A stretch of DNA of 43,642 nt from Gemmatimonadales bacterium (GTDB lineage Bacteria > Gemmatimonadota > Gemmatimonadetes > Gemmatimonadales > GWC2-71-9), in assembly GCA_039794085.1 (NCBI GenBank), contig JBDIWC010000035.1, positions 1 through 43,642 on the forward strand, given 5' to 3'. The notes beneath the pieces are model-generated. The model was not told where the DNA came from, did not search any database, and saw only the letters and a program-made list of their open reading frames with translations. Of this stretch, positions 18,778 to 27,573 are shown piece after piece. The stretch's first letter is position 1. Each line of letters opens with the position of its first letter. The position numbers and the translations under genes are program-made.

Positions 18778-20105
18778 CCTCACCCGGGGAAGGCCGGGAG
18801 ACCTTCAGCACCCGATTCGGCGTCCTCATGACGATGATCGGCGTGGCCGTGGGGCTCGGCAACGTCTGGCGCTTCCCCTATCTGGCCGGCAAGTTCGGCG
18901 GCGCCGCCTTCGTGGCGGTGTACATCGGGTGGGTGGCGGCGATCGGCGTTCCGGCGCTGATGGCCGAATGGGCCCTCGGTCGCTCCACGCGTCGCGGCAC
19001 CGTCGGGGCGTTCGCGCGGGGTGGCCTCCCCGGGGGCCGGATCATCGGATGGATCCTCTTCGGGGTGGTCGTGGCCGCCACCGCCTACTACACCAACGTG
19101 GTCGGCTGGGTCCTGGTCTACGGGCTCGGCACCGCTGCGCAGACACTCGGCATTCCGGCCAATCCCTCCGCGATCCTCCCCCCCGACACCGGTTTTGTCC
19201 CTCGCAGCTTCTTCCTGCAACTCGGTGCCACCGGCGTGGTGCTGGCGGGATGCGCCCTGGTGCTGGTCCGCGGTCTCCGCGGCGGGATCGAACGGGCAAG
19301 CCGCATCCTCATTCCGCTCCTCTTCGGCACCCTGCTGCTCCTCGTGGTCCGCACCCTGACGCTCGAGGGAACGGGATCCGGAATCGCCTGGTACTTCCGG
19401 TTCGATCCCGCGGGCATCACTCCGTCGGTGGTCATCGCCGCCCTGGGCCAGGCAGTGTTCTCTCTTTCCCTCGGCGGCACCTTCATGGTGGCCTACGGTT
19501 CGTATCTGGAGACGGGGACACCACTCGGGCGCACTGCCCGCGCCACCGCCTTCGGCGACACCCTGGCCGGCCTCCTCGCGGGACTCGCCATCCTCCCCGC
19601 GGCGATGGCCTACGGGCTGGAGGTGACTAGCGGCCCCGGGCTTCTCTTCGCGACACTTCCACAGCTCTTCGCCGCCATTCCGGGCGGGAGTCTCCTGGGG
19701 CCGCTCTTCTTTCTGGCTCTCTTCGGCGCGGCATGGCTCAGCGCCATCGCCGCCTTCGAGGTGCTGGTGGCGGGGCTCACCGACAACACCTCACTCACCC
19801 GGCGGCGCGCTGTCTGGCTCCTGGCCGGCATCATTCTCCTGGCCGCCATCCCTCCGATGATCAACCTGGCGATCTTCGTCCCCTGGGATCTGACCTTCGG
19901 GTCGGGCATGCAGACCCTCGGTGCGTTGCTCGTGGCCGTCACCGTCGGCTGGTGCCTCTCCCGGGAGCGGGCACTGGAGGCACTGGGGGGCGGTGCGCAA
20001 CACCGGTTCCTCCGCCTCTGGATCCGCTGGGTGATCCCGGGCGCGCTGGTGACGGTGGGCGTCTGGTGGGTGCTGCAGGATCTGCTTGGGAAGGTAGAAG
20101 TTTGA
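18774..20105 (+). CDS. Sodium-dependent transporter, NSS (LeuT-like) family
   Basis: GVAVGLGNVWRFPY, GGAAF, GQAVFSLSLG, YGSY, SGPGLLF; GTGA overlap with the upstream gene. Confidence 0.95.
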   Translation: MTSPGEGRETFSTRFGVLMTMIGVAVGLGNVWRFPYLAGKFGGAAFVAVYIGWVAAIGVPALMAEWALGRSTRRGTVGAFARGGLPGGRIIGWILFGVVVAATAYYTNVVGWVLVYGLGTAAQTLGIPANPSAILPPDTGFVPRSFFLQLGATGVVLAGCALVLVRGLRGGIERASRILIPLLFGTLLLLVVRTLTLEGTGSGIAWYFRFDPAGITPSVVIAALGQAVFSLSLGGTFMVAYGSYLETGTPLGRTARATAFGDTLAGLLAGLAILPAAMAYGLEVTSGPGLLFATLPQLFAAIPGGSLLGPLFFLALFGAAWLSAIAAFEVLVAGLTDNTSLTRRRAVWLLAGIILLAAIPPMINLAIFVPWDLTFGSGMQTLGALLVAVTVGWCLSRERALEALGGGAQHRFLRLWIRWVIPGALVTVGVWWVLQDLLGKVEV

Positions 20106-20117
20106 AGTTCGAAGTGG

Positions 20118-20832
20118 GTCATCGCGAGGAAGCGACTCCCCTCTCCCGCCCTGCGGGAGAGGGGCCGGGGGTGAGGGCTCCAGTGGCGATCTCGAACGCC
20201 GTCATCGCGAGGAGGCGAAGCCGACGTGGCGATCTCGTGAGCCCATGTCGGCTCCACGCGACGGCAGGCTGGCCTTCGTGCCGGAACCACTCCGGGGCCA
20301 CGCAGATGTCGGAGCCCCAGCGTGGACGGGGGGAGACAGGCTGGCGCTTCAGCGCCGGTCACCGCAGGTGCATCGCGCGGGATTCATCCCGCGTGATCGG
20401 GCGCAGATCACCGACAGATCCTCTCGCCGCCCTCTCGTTGGCCGAAGCCAATGCGGCACAGGCTGCGCGCGAGTGCCCTGAAGGGCAGGAAGCGATGTCC
20501 TGAATGCGATGAGGCGACTCCCCTCTCCCTCCGGGAGAGGGGGCGGGGGTGGGGCCGGGGGTGAGGGCTCCAGTGGCGATCTCGAACGCCGTCATCGCGA
20601 GGAGGCGAAGCCGATGCGGCGATCTCGTGAGCCGATCCCGACCTGGAATGACACAAGGTCGGCCTTCATGCCGAAGCGATGTCGAATGCCAGGCGACAAT
20701 GGCCGTCGATTCGCACCCATGCCGTCTTCCGTTTACGAGATCGCCACGGACTCCTGCGGAGCCCTCTCGATGACAACTCCCGAGTCCTTCAGACCGTGTC
20801 GCCGCTGGCGCCGAGCTCGGCTTCAGCCCGGG
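20118..20832. repeat. Large REP/MITE mosaic with a near-direct repeat of about 100 bp (20138-20243, 20520-20633) and a 184-bp TIR element (20591-20774)
   Basis: Units GTCATCGCGAGGAGGCGAAGCCGA, CCCTCTCCC..GGGAGAGGGG, gagtgccctgaagggcagga and gtcgccgc.ggcgccga recur elsewhere in the window. Confidence 0.9.
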
Positions 20833-20890
20833 AACGCGCATGGCGCTAACCCTCTTCCCTCGCACCAGCCGCTGAGGGGAGACCCTCGAA

Positions 20891-22000
20891 CTACTGTCGC
20901 AGGACAGCGTAGACCAGCGTCTCGACATCATCCTCGTCGCGGCTCACGCCGAGGATCCGGGTGCCATTGACATCGAGAAGCGTGAAACGCCTTGGAAGGG
21001 TCACGGTCACCGGTTCCGAACGATCCTGCCGCAGGACAAGCCACTGCGGCGGGTCCCCCGGTTCGACGATCACTTCCACCCAGACGTCCCCCTCGGTGGT
21101 GGAGAGGATGCGTCCGAACACGGGCATGTGGGTCGGGGCCTCGGCCAACGAGGAGCGATCCTGGTGGAGTCGTGCTCTTCTCTCCTCGACCACGGCGTTT
21201 TCCGCGGCCGTCACTTTCCGAGGAGAGAGCGGGACGTGCATGCGCTCCAGTTCCACTCCCGCTGCGGAGAGGAGTCGAATCTCCGGAGTGTCCGAAAAGC
21301 CGATCAGGACTCCACGGCCCTTCCGGTCCACGGTGGCCTGAAGTCGCGGGCCGTGAGGATGTACGCTCGCCGTCGGCCCTCGGGAGTTTCTCCCCACGGT
21401 CATGTCGAACAGCGGGAACCTCCCGATTGCCGAAGCCACGCTGTCGCCAGGCAGGTAGGCCGCGACCAGCGTCGAGTCGCGGTAAGTCGGCGTCGCCTTT
21501 CGTGGATCTGGCATTGGGAGCGTGTGCTCCAGAAGTACCAACGCTCCCGAGTCGAGCTCCCCGAGCATGTCAGCGCTCCAGGAAGCGGCCTCGTTTTCCA
21601 CCGGCGCCGAGCGAGCCATTTGGCCATTCTCCCGGAGCCATGTCACCCGGCGCAGGTTTCGGTCATAGACCCATGCCGTTCCGTTCGCTGCAACACCGAA
21701 TGCGGTGAGGTTCCGGAATTCCCCGGGACCTGACCCCGTGCCTCCGGACCAGGCCAGCGATGACCCGGCCGAGGAGAAGAAATGCACCCGAGCCGCCATG
21801 TGATCAGCCACGGCGATCACGCCACTCGGGAGTGTGACGGCACCGAGGATCTGTTCGAACTCCCGTCCATCGGCTCCGCGCTCGTGGGCCCACAGCACCT
21901 CGATTGTGGACGTCCCCTCCGAATCTCCTGGCGTCGGCGACTCTCCCCCGCACCCGGAGATCACGCACCCGAGCATTGTGGCTACGGAGGCCCTACTCAT
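20891..22000 (-). CDS. 6-bladed beta-propeller lipoprotein, cassette 3 (distal)
   Basis: Lipobox VISGC; IAVADHMAARVHFFSSAG..GGTGSGPGEF; GDVWV; GVSRDEDDVETLVY. Confidence 0.82.
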   Translation of the reverse strand: MSRASVATMLGCVISGCGGESPTPGDSEGTSTIEVLWAHERGADGREFEQILGAVTLPSGVIAVADHMAARVHFFSSAGSSLAWSGGTGSGPGEFRNLTAFGVAANGTAWVYDRNLRRVTWLRENGQMARSAPVENEAASWSADMLGELDSGALVLLEHTLPMPDPRKATPTYRDSTLVAAYLPGDSVASAIGRFPLFDMTVGRNSRGPTASVHPHGPRLQATVDRKGRGVLIGFSDTPEIRLLSAAGVELERMHVPLSPRKVTAAENAVVEERRARLHQDRSSLAEAPTHMPVFGRILSTTEGDVWVEVIVEPGDPPQWLVLRQDRSEPVTVTLPRRFTLLDVNGTRILGVSRDEDDVETLVYAVLRQ

Positions 22001-22114
22001 CCCTTCACCTCAAGCTGATAATCCTCCACGGTCACGCCTCCAATCCGGTACACCCGCAGGGAGTCCCCCTCCGCCAATTGGGGCGATCGGCGAGAAAGAC
22101 CCCCGCTGAGAGAC

Positions 22115-23233
22115 CTACCCTTGACCCGGGATCCATCGGCACCCTTTGGAGCTGATCGCATACCGGTACACAACGGTGCGCACGCTATCGTCCGGGCTCA
22201 CGACCCGGGCCAAGGCAACCAAGGTGTCTCCACTCAGATGAGGAATTGGGAACGGCGAGTCGCTGGCGAAGGGGACGAGGGCATCGGCACATGCTTGTTG
22301 CAGATCGGCCGTGACGAGGGAAACGTAATAGCGTAGGTTCGTGAACTCCTGCCGCTGGGGCCCGTTCTCGACATCAATGTCCACCTGAACTACGACCAAT
22401 TCTCCGGTGGAGAGATAGCCGACCGTGGCAGCCGCAGATCCGATGTAATCGAAGGGCTTTCCTGCGGCTTCCTGTTCCTGGTGGCGCGATAGTAGGTCTG
22501 TCGGCTGGCCGCGTCTCCTCACGACAGGGAGGGACACCTGGCCCACGACAAGACCAGTGGCATCGAGCTTCTGAAGGCCCGGCATGGTCGGTACCTGTGC
22601 AAGAAACCCGTCTTTCCACGGAATTAGTTCCAGGTGTCCGTACTGCATGTAGGTGGGTAAGGACACCATGACCTCCGGTGGTATCATCCCCAACACCGCA
22701 ACCGAGTCGTTTCCCGCATGCCACATTCCGATCAGGGATGGACTTCCTGGAAGACTGAACACGGCACGATCTCCCTGCCATGTCCATTGCTTGCCTGTAC
22801 TTCGGAATGGCACGCTCAGGGTCCGCTGGATCGCTCCGTCCTCAAGACTGAGCACATCGATTCGAGCGGACGCCTCGTCAATGACCGCGGCCAAGGTATC
22901 GCCAGGGAGGGGATGCACCATCCCGATACTCCGGTATTCTCCGGGGCCAGATCCTCTCCTTCCCCAGATGGATTCAAGGCGACCATCGCGACTGAAGCGT
23001 ATGGCCGAACCCGATGCCACGTCACTCAAGTAGGTCCGTCCCAGGCCATCACGCGCAACATGGACAAATCTGCCCAGAGGTACCGAGTCTGGTAAGAGCA
23101 GAGGGGTGGAGTCAACTAGAGAAAGTGCGGGCCCACCTGCTCCCGATACAGCAATGGAGCGAGAGTCTGAAGGGCTGTCACACGAAGTCAACACAAGCGC
23201 GAGGACGAGCAGGAGGATCTGCCGTTGTCTCAT
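22115..23233 (-). CDS. 6-bladed beta-propeller lipoprotein, cassette 3 (proximal)
   Basis: MRQRQILLLVLALVLTSC lipobox; YLSDVASGSAIRFSRDGRL..WGRRGSGPGEY; two C-terminal Cys. Confidence 0.82.
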   Translation of the reverse strand: MRQRQILLLVLALVLTSCDSPSDSRSIAVSGAGGPALSLVDSTPLLLPDSVPLGRFVHVARDGLGRTYLSDVASGSAIRFSRDGRLESIWGRRGSGPGEYRSIGMVHPLPGDTLAAVIDEASARIDVLSLEDGAIQRTLSVPFRSTGKQWTWQGDRAVFSLPGSPSLIGMWHAGNDSVAVLGMIPPEVMVSLPTYMQYGHLELIPWKDGFLAQVPTMPGLQKLDATGLVVGQVSLPVVRRRGQPTDLLSRHQEQEAAGKPFDYIGSAAATVGYLSTGELVVVQVDIDVENGPQRQEFTNLRYYVSLVTADLQQACADALVPFASDSPFPIPHLSGDTLVALARVVSPDDSVRTVVYRYAISSKGCRWIPGQG

Positions 23234-23356
23234 AGAGGAAGTCCCACTCCCATAGGTTAGGAGGCGAAATGCCATTGTCTACCTTTGCGTTCACTGCGGG
23301 CTATGACACGACGTATGGACGACTTCGCGACTGGCCTCCCGCACCCCCCACGGCCC

Positions 23357-23391
23357 TTGACCGGGGGTCATGCTATCTGACCCCCGGTCAA
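23357..23391 (-). terminator. Perfect 14-bp stem-loop after the cassette 3 peptide (attenuator or mRNA stabiliser)
   Basis: ttgaccgggggtca-tgctatc-tgacccccggtcaa, about 40 nt past the peptide stop; no clear U-tract. Confidence 0.6.
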
Positions 23392-23432
23392 CCATGCCGA
23401 AGCGGATTGTACCCGTCAAACCACCCCAACCC

Positions 23433-23621
23433 TCAGGGATTGAGTGGCTCGGTGCACGTGCACTTGGCGTGCCCCTGATTGTTTCCACAACTGTAGAAAC
23501 AGTCAGGGAATCCGAAGAGATCAGCCCAGTACTTCGTTCCGCTGGCCGCCGAGGTGCCAGTGTCCAGGGTCCCAAGGAATCCGATGGCCAGAAGGCCAGT
23601 CAACAGCACAATACGACGCAT
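23433..23621 (-). CDS. Small secreted four-Cys peptide (62 aa), cassette 3
   Basis: MRRIVLLTGLLAIGFLGTLDTGTSAASGTKYWADLFGFPDCFYSCGNNQGHAKCTCTEPLNP; RBS AAGGAGagcaagATG. Confidence 0.85.
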   Translation of the reverse strand: MRRIVLLTGLLAIGFLGTLDTGTSAASGTKYWADLFGFPDCFYSCGNNQGHAKCTCTEPLNP

Positions 23622-23691
23622 CTTGCTCTCCTTGCTAGGGTTCTTGCGTGCCAGTATGGCACGCAGACTGCCATCGTCTTGCGGATGACGT

Positions 23692-24144
23692 TCATGGCAC
23701 TCCACTCTCCCAAGGCGTACTGGCCAGGTCCGACCTGGTCACTGAAGTGCCATTCGCAACGAAGGCCACCGGTCGGTTTCTTTTCCCAGCTGACCCGAGG
23801 ATCAGTCGGCGAATAAGACCATCCTTCAGGACCGCATCCTCCGAAATGTGCTGCAGTTTCAGATCAAGGCGTTCTCGACTTGTGGGCGCACGGCTCAACA
23901 CCAGTTTGACCTGCGCTGGATCTACTCGGTGCCGTTGGATCCATGCTGATACAATCGGAGAGCAGGAGCCACACTCAGCGGGGTCGATTACGAGGATCGC
24001 AACTTTGTTGCCCGACGTGAGGCCGCTCAGGCGAGAGCCATCTGAGAGTGGCAAACGTTCGATGCTGCACGATTGAATTAACAAGGCCCCAAGAGTGATC
24101 GAGGCAGGTACTGTCGCATGTTGGAACGCAAATCTTGGATTCAC
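23692..24144 (-). CDS. Thioredoxin-like CxxC protein, probable lipoprotein, cassette 3
   Basis: GTG 24144 after GGAGG; hydrophobic stretch ending LLIQSC; VAILVIDPAECGSC; NRPVAFVANG. Confidence 0.65.
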   Translation of the reverse strand: MNPRFAFQHATVPASITLGALLIQSCSIERLPLSDGSRLSGLTSGNKVAILVIDPAECGSCSPIVSAWIQRHRVDPAQVKLVLSRAPTSRERLDLKLQHISEDAVLKDGLIRRLILGSAGKRNRPVAFVANGTSVTRSDLASTPWESGVP

Positions 24145-24171
24145 GGACACACCTCCACCAGTTGACGCCTC

Positions 24172-24237
24172 GACCACTACCGCGAGGAGACCACTACCGC
24201 GAGGAGACCACTACCGCGAGGAGACCACTACCGCGAG
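24172..24237. repeat. 17-bp tandem repeat, 3.9 copies (GACCACTACCGCGAGGA)
   Basis: Exact tandem units without spacers, in the 5' leader of cassette 3. Confidence 0.95.
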
Positions 24238-24238
24238 T

Positions 24239-24267
24239 AATTTACGACCAGCGCAAGCGGCTGTCAA
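24239..24267 (-). promoter_or_regulatory. Sigma70-type promoter for cassette 3
   Basis: Minus strand TTGACA-gccgcttgcgctggtcg (17 nt)-TAAATT. Confidence 0.7.
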
Positions 24268-24422
24268 GGGTTTTCTTCCGCCAACCTGCCGATAGCACCT
24301 ACGTCAGGTAGCCGACATGCAGTTTATGGCAGGCCAGCACGCTGCCTTGTTCCAGACCGGAACGCCATGGTATCTTGGCTTCACGACCCCACAGACAGTT
24401 GTCCGTCGCCTTGGAAAATTCC

Positions 24423-24914
24423 ATGCCTCGCACCCTCCTCCTTCTCCTCCTCACCGCCTGCGCCAAGTCCGCGCCTCCGTCTCCCATTCCCCTCGACCTC
24501 GCTCGCTGGCACCGGTTCTCCTGGGCCTCGGTGACGGCGGACGGGACCCGCTTCGACCGGGCGGCGATCCTGGTGGTGGACAGCCTCAGCAGCCGGGGCA
24601 GCAGTGAAGTCCTTCTTCAGCTCGACCTCGCGGGAAGCGGCACCATGCCCTTCGGATTCCCCTCCGCCACACCTCCGGACCCCGCGCGGGGCCGGCTCCA
24701 CGGTCTCCTGCACGGATACAGACCTGTCACCGTCGTCACCCCCCCCAACGAACCGAACCCCGGGCCGCTGGACCAGATCGGCTCCTTCGGCCTGCCCGAG
24801 TTCGAACTCTCCCCGCTCCTCCTCGATTTCGCCCGACACCGCATCGGTATCCTCCCTCCCCTGCGGAACCTCGCACCTGCGATCTGGAGTCCGGAACGTA
24901 CCACGCGGGGGTGA
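24423..24914 (+). CDS. Lipoprotein, probable N-terminal half of a two-domain aspartyl protease-like protein
   Basis: MPRTLLLLLLTAC; LQLDLAG (degenerate DTG), IGSFG, LLLDFARHRIGI. Confidence 0.55.
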   Translation: MPRTLLLLLLTACAKSAPPSPIPLDLARWHRFSWASVTADGTRFDRAAILVVDSLSSRGSSEVLLQLDLAGSGTMPFGFPSATPPDPARGRLHGLLHGYRPVTVVTPPNEPNPGPLDQIGSFGLPEFELSPLLLDFARHRIGILPPLRNLAPAIWSPERTTRG

Positions 24915-25333
24915 CCTACGACAGCTCCCGGGTTCGGATCCCCCTACTGACCGGTGGTGCGCGGCCCCTCCAGGTGCTCTTTGACACCGGTCTCAGCCCC
25001 TTTCCGCTCTGGACCACCAGGCAGCACTGGATGCGTCTCACCGGCCGTGACGGCACCGAACCGGACAACCGGCGCCATCGGCTGCGCCACCCCGCCGGAG
25101 CCCTCACCTTCGTGGGTGCCCGGTTTCGCCAGGAGATCCGGGTCGGCGGAGTGTCGCTCGGTCGGTTGGACGTGGTCTTCCTAGAGGAGGGTCCCGCCGA
25201 GGCCCGGCTCGAGCACTGGCCCTTCGCGGTGGACGGCGTGCTCGGTCCGAGCGCCTTCGGCGACGGACTCATCGTCGCGATGGACCTCCGGGGACCGAGG
25301 ATGGCGATTTTGCCTGCCGGTTCGGTGAGGTAG
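24911..25333 (+). CDS. Retropepsin-like aspartyl protease domain (C-terminal half)
   Basis: VLFDTG, VDGVLG, IVAMDL; overlaps the previous stop (GTGA) after a G5 run. Confidence 0.6.
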   Translation: MTYDSSRVRIPLLTGGARPLQVLFDTGLSPFPLWTTRQHWMRLTGRDGTEPDNRRHRLRHPAGALTFVGARFRQEIRVGGVSLGRLDVVFLEEGPAEARLEHWPFAVDGVLGPSAFGDGLIVAMDLRGPRMAILPAGSVR

Positions 25334-25537
25334 AGCTTGGCGCTCACCCCCGGCCCCTCTCCCGCAGGGCGGGAGAGGGGAGTCACCTCCCGATGACAAC
25401 GCCTGAGTCCTTCAGGACATGTCGCCGCAGGCGCCGAAGGGGCGCGAACGGAGACGGACTGGCGCTTCAGCGTCAGTCGACGACCCTCGCCAAGGGTGGA
25501 TCGGCATGGCGTGGCGCAGATATCGGATCATTCATGA

Positions 25538-25558
25538 TGTGAATGATTATCATTCACA
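25538..25558. promoter_or_regulatory. Fur-box-like 10-1-10 palindrome
   Basis: TGTGAATGAT-T-ATCATTCACA; the central 19-mer matches GATAATGATAATCATTATC at 15 of 19 positions on the minus strand. Confidence 0.5.
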
Positions 25559-25836
25559 CGACAGGGCAAGCCACCCGGAAGCATAGGAGTTCATCACCCT
25601 GGTCGAGCCGGGATCTCCGACTGGTCCGCCGGCGCTCACGTTGGCTTAAGCCAACGCGGCGCACGCTTCGCGTGAGTGCCCTGAAGGGCAGGAGGCTGGT
25701 GGTAGTCACATCACGGCCGACGGCAGCCGAGAGTGCGCCATCGCGAGGAGGCGACTCCCCTCTCCCGCCTTGCGGGACCGATCGCCACGGCGGCATGCGC
25801 CGCCTCGCGACAAGGGGGCCGGGGGTGAGGGCCACC

Positions 25837-25854
25837 TTGTGAAATATTTCACAA
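25837..25854. promoter_or_regulatory. Rex operator-like site
   Basis: TTGTGAA-ATAT-TTCACAA, an exact match to the Rex consensus TTGTGAA-N4-TTCACAA, 87 bp upstream of ATG 25942. Confidence 0.65.
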
Positions 25855-25941
25855 ATAGCGACACCACACCGCTGCGCTTCTCCCGCTATTCTTCTCCCTG
25901 TCCTTGAACCTCTCTCCCTCTCCCCTCTCCGGACCCTGCTC

Positions 25942-27312
25942 ATGCCCCGCGGACCCATTTCCACCCTCGCCCTTCTTCTCCTGGCCCTCTCCACGGCCGA
26001 TGCCCAGGCCCCCACCCCCCTCCAGCGGGAGTACGGCCCGACGGCCACCCGGCTCATCGAACGCGCCCTCGCCGACAGTGCCGCCTGGAACAAGATCGCC
26101 GAGCTGACGGAGACGTTCGGGCATCGCCTCAGCGGATCGCAGGCCCTGGAGGATGCCATCGACTGGACCCTGGCCCGGATGCGCGCCGAGGGGCTCGAGA
26201 ATGTGCGCGGGGAGCCGGTGATGGTCCCGCGCTGGGTACGCGGGGCCGAGTCCGCCGCACTCGTGGAGCCCCGGGCCACACCCCTCCCGATGCTCGGCCT
26301 GGGGGGCAGCATCGGCACGCCTAACGGTGGTATCACCGCCGAGGTGCTGGTGGTGACGAGCTATGAGGATCTGGAGCGGAGGGCGGCGGATGCCCGGGGA
26401 AAGATCGTGCTCTTCGACGTCCCCTTCACCACCTACGGCGCCACGGTGCAATACCGCGGTGGTGGCGCGTCGGCGGCGGCGCGCGTGGGCGCGGTGGCAA
26501 TGCTCATCCGTTCCGTCGGTCCCTTCGGGATGCGGACCCCGCACACCGGCGCCCTCCGGTACGACTCCACCGCCGCGCGCATCCCCGCCGCGGCGATCAC
26601 CGAGGAGGACGCCGGAATGCTGCACCGGATGCAGCAACGGGGACAACGGATCGTGGTCCGGTTGCGGATGAACGCGGAGACCCTCCCCGATGCCCCTTCA
26701 CGCAACGTGGTGGCGGAGATCCGGGGGCGGGAGTTCCCCGATGAAGTCGTGGTGATGGGCGGGCACATCGATTCCTGGGATGTGGGACGCGGCGCGATGG
26801 ACGATGCCGGCGGCGTGGTGGTGGCCTGGGAGGCGATTCGGCTGATGAAGGAATTGGGGCTCCGGCCCCGCCGAACCATCCGTGTCGTGGGGTGGACCAA
26901 CGAGGAGAACGGCACCCGCGGTGGCACCGCCTATCGGGACGCGCACGAGGCCGAGCTCGGTGATCACATCCTCGCGATCGAGTCGGATGGCGGCGTGTTC
27001 AAGCCGATCGGATTCGGGTTCACCGGGAGCGACCGGGCGCGGGCCATCGTCACCGACATCGCGCGACTCCTGGCGCCGATCGAGGCCACCACCATCGGGC
27101 CCAACGGCGGCGGGGCTGACATCGGTCCGATCATGCAGCGCGGCGTTCCGGGCATGGGACATCAGGTTGACGAGTCCCGATACTTCTGGTACCACCACAG
27201 CCACGCCGACACGGTGGACAAACTCGATCCGCGGGAAGTGGCGATGAACGTGGCGGCGATGGCGGTGATGAGCTACATCGTGGCGGACCTGCCGGAGCGG
27301 TTGCCGAGGTAG
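25942..27312 (+). CDS. Secreted M28 family peptidase (carboxypeptidase Q-like, PA domain)
   Basis: FGHRLSGS, PHTG, GGHIDSWD, GAMDD, TNEE, IESD, YFWYHH..ADT; signal peptide. Confidence 0.93.
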   Translation: MPRGPISTLALLLLALSTADAQAPTPLQREYGPTATRLIERALADSAAWNKIAELTETFGHRLSGSQALEDAIDWTLARMRAEGLENVRGEPVMVPRWVRGAESAALVEPRATPLPMLGLGGSIGTPNGGITAEVLVVTSYEDLERRAADARGKIVLFDVPFTTYGATVQYRGGGASAAARVGAVAMLIRSVGPFGMRTPHTGALRYDSTAARIPAAAITEEDAGMLHRMQQRGQRIVVRLRMNAETLPDAPSRNVVAEIRGREFPDEVVVMGGHIDSWDVGRGAMDDAGGVVVAWEAIRLMKELGLRPRRTIRVVGWTNEENGTRGGTAYRDAHEAELGDHILAIESDGGVFKPIGFGFTGSDRARAIVTDIARLLAPIEATTIGPNGGGADIGPIMQRGVPGMGHQVDESRYFWYHHSHADTVDKLDPREVAMNVAAMAVMSYIVADLPERLPR

Positions 27313-27567
27313 GGAGGGTAGGGAATAGGGAATAGGGAATAGGGAATAGGGAGTAGGGAGTAGGGAGTAGGAGTTAGAGAGTTAGGCGCGACGCCGTCAT
27401 CGCGAGGAGGCGAAGCCGACGTGGCGATCTCGTGAGCCGATGCCGATTTCACGTGACGCTATGTCGGCCTTCATGCCGGAGCCCCATCCCTGGAGTCCTC
27501 GCGATGACGACTCGCGCGTCCTTCAGGACCTGTCGCCGCAGGCGCCGAGCCCCGGCTTCAGCCGGGG
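27310..27567. repeat. Heptamer array, shortened TIR element (27396-27508) and gtcgccgcaggcgccga unit
   Basis: GGGA(A/G)TA run; GTCATCGCGAGGA...TCCTCGCGATGAC. Confidence 0.9.
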
Positions 27568-27573
27568 TAAGGG

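Noticed and set aside
20118..20832. Protein-coding ORFs or an autonomous IS in the repeat mosaic
   Set aside because: No transposase motifs; the region is made of repeat units seen elsewhere in the window.
24172..24237. CRISPR array
   Set aside because: The 17-bp units are contiguous with no spacers, and there are no cas genes.
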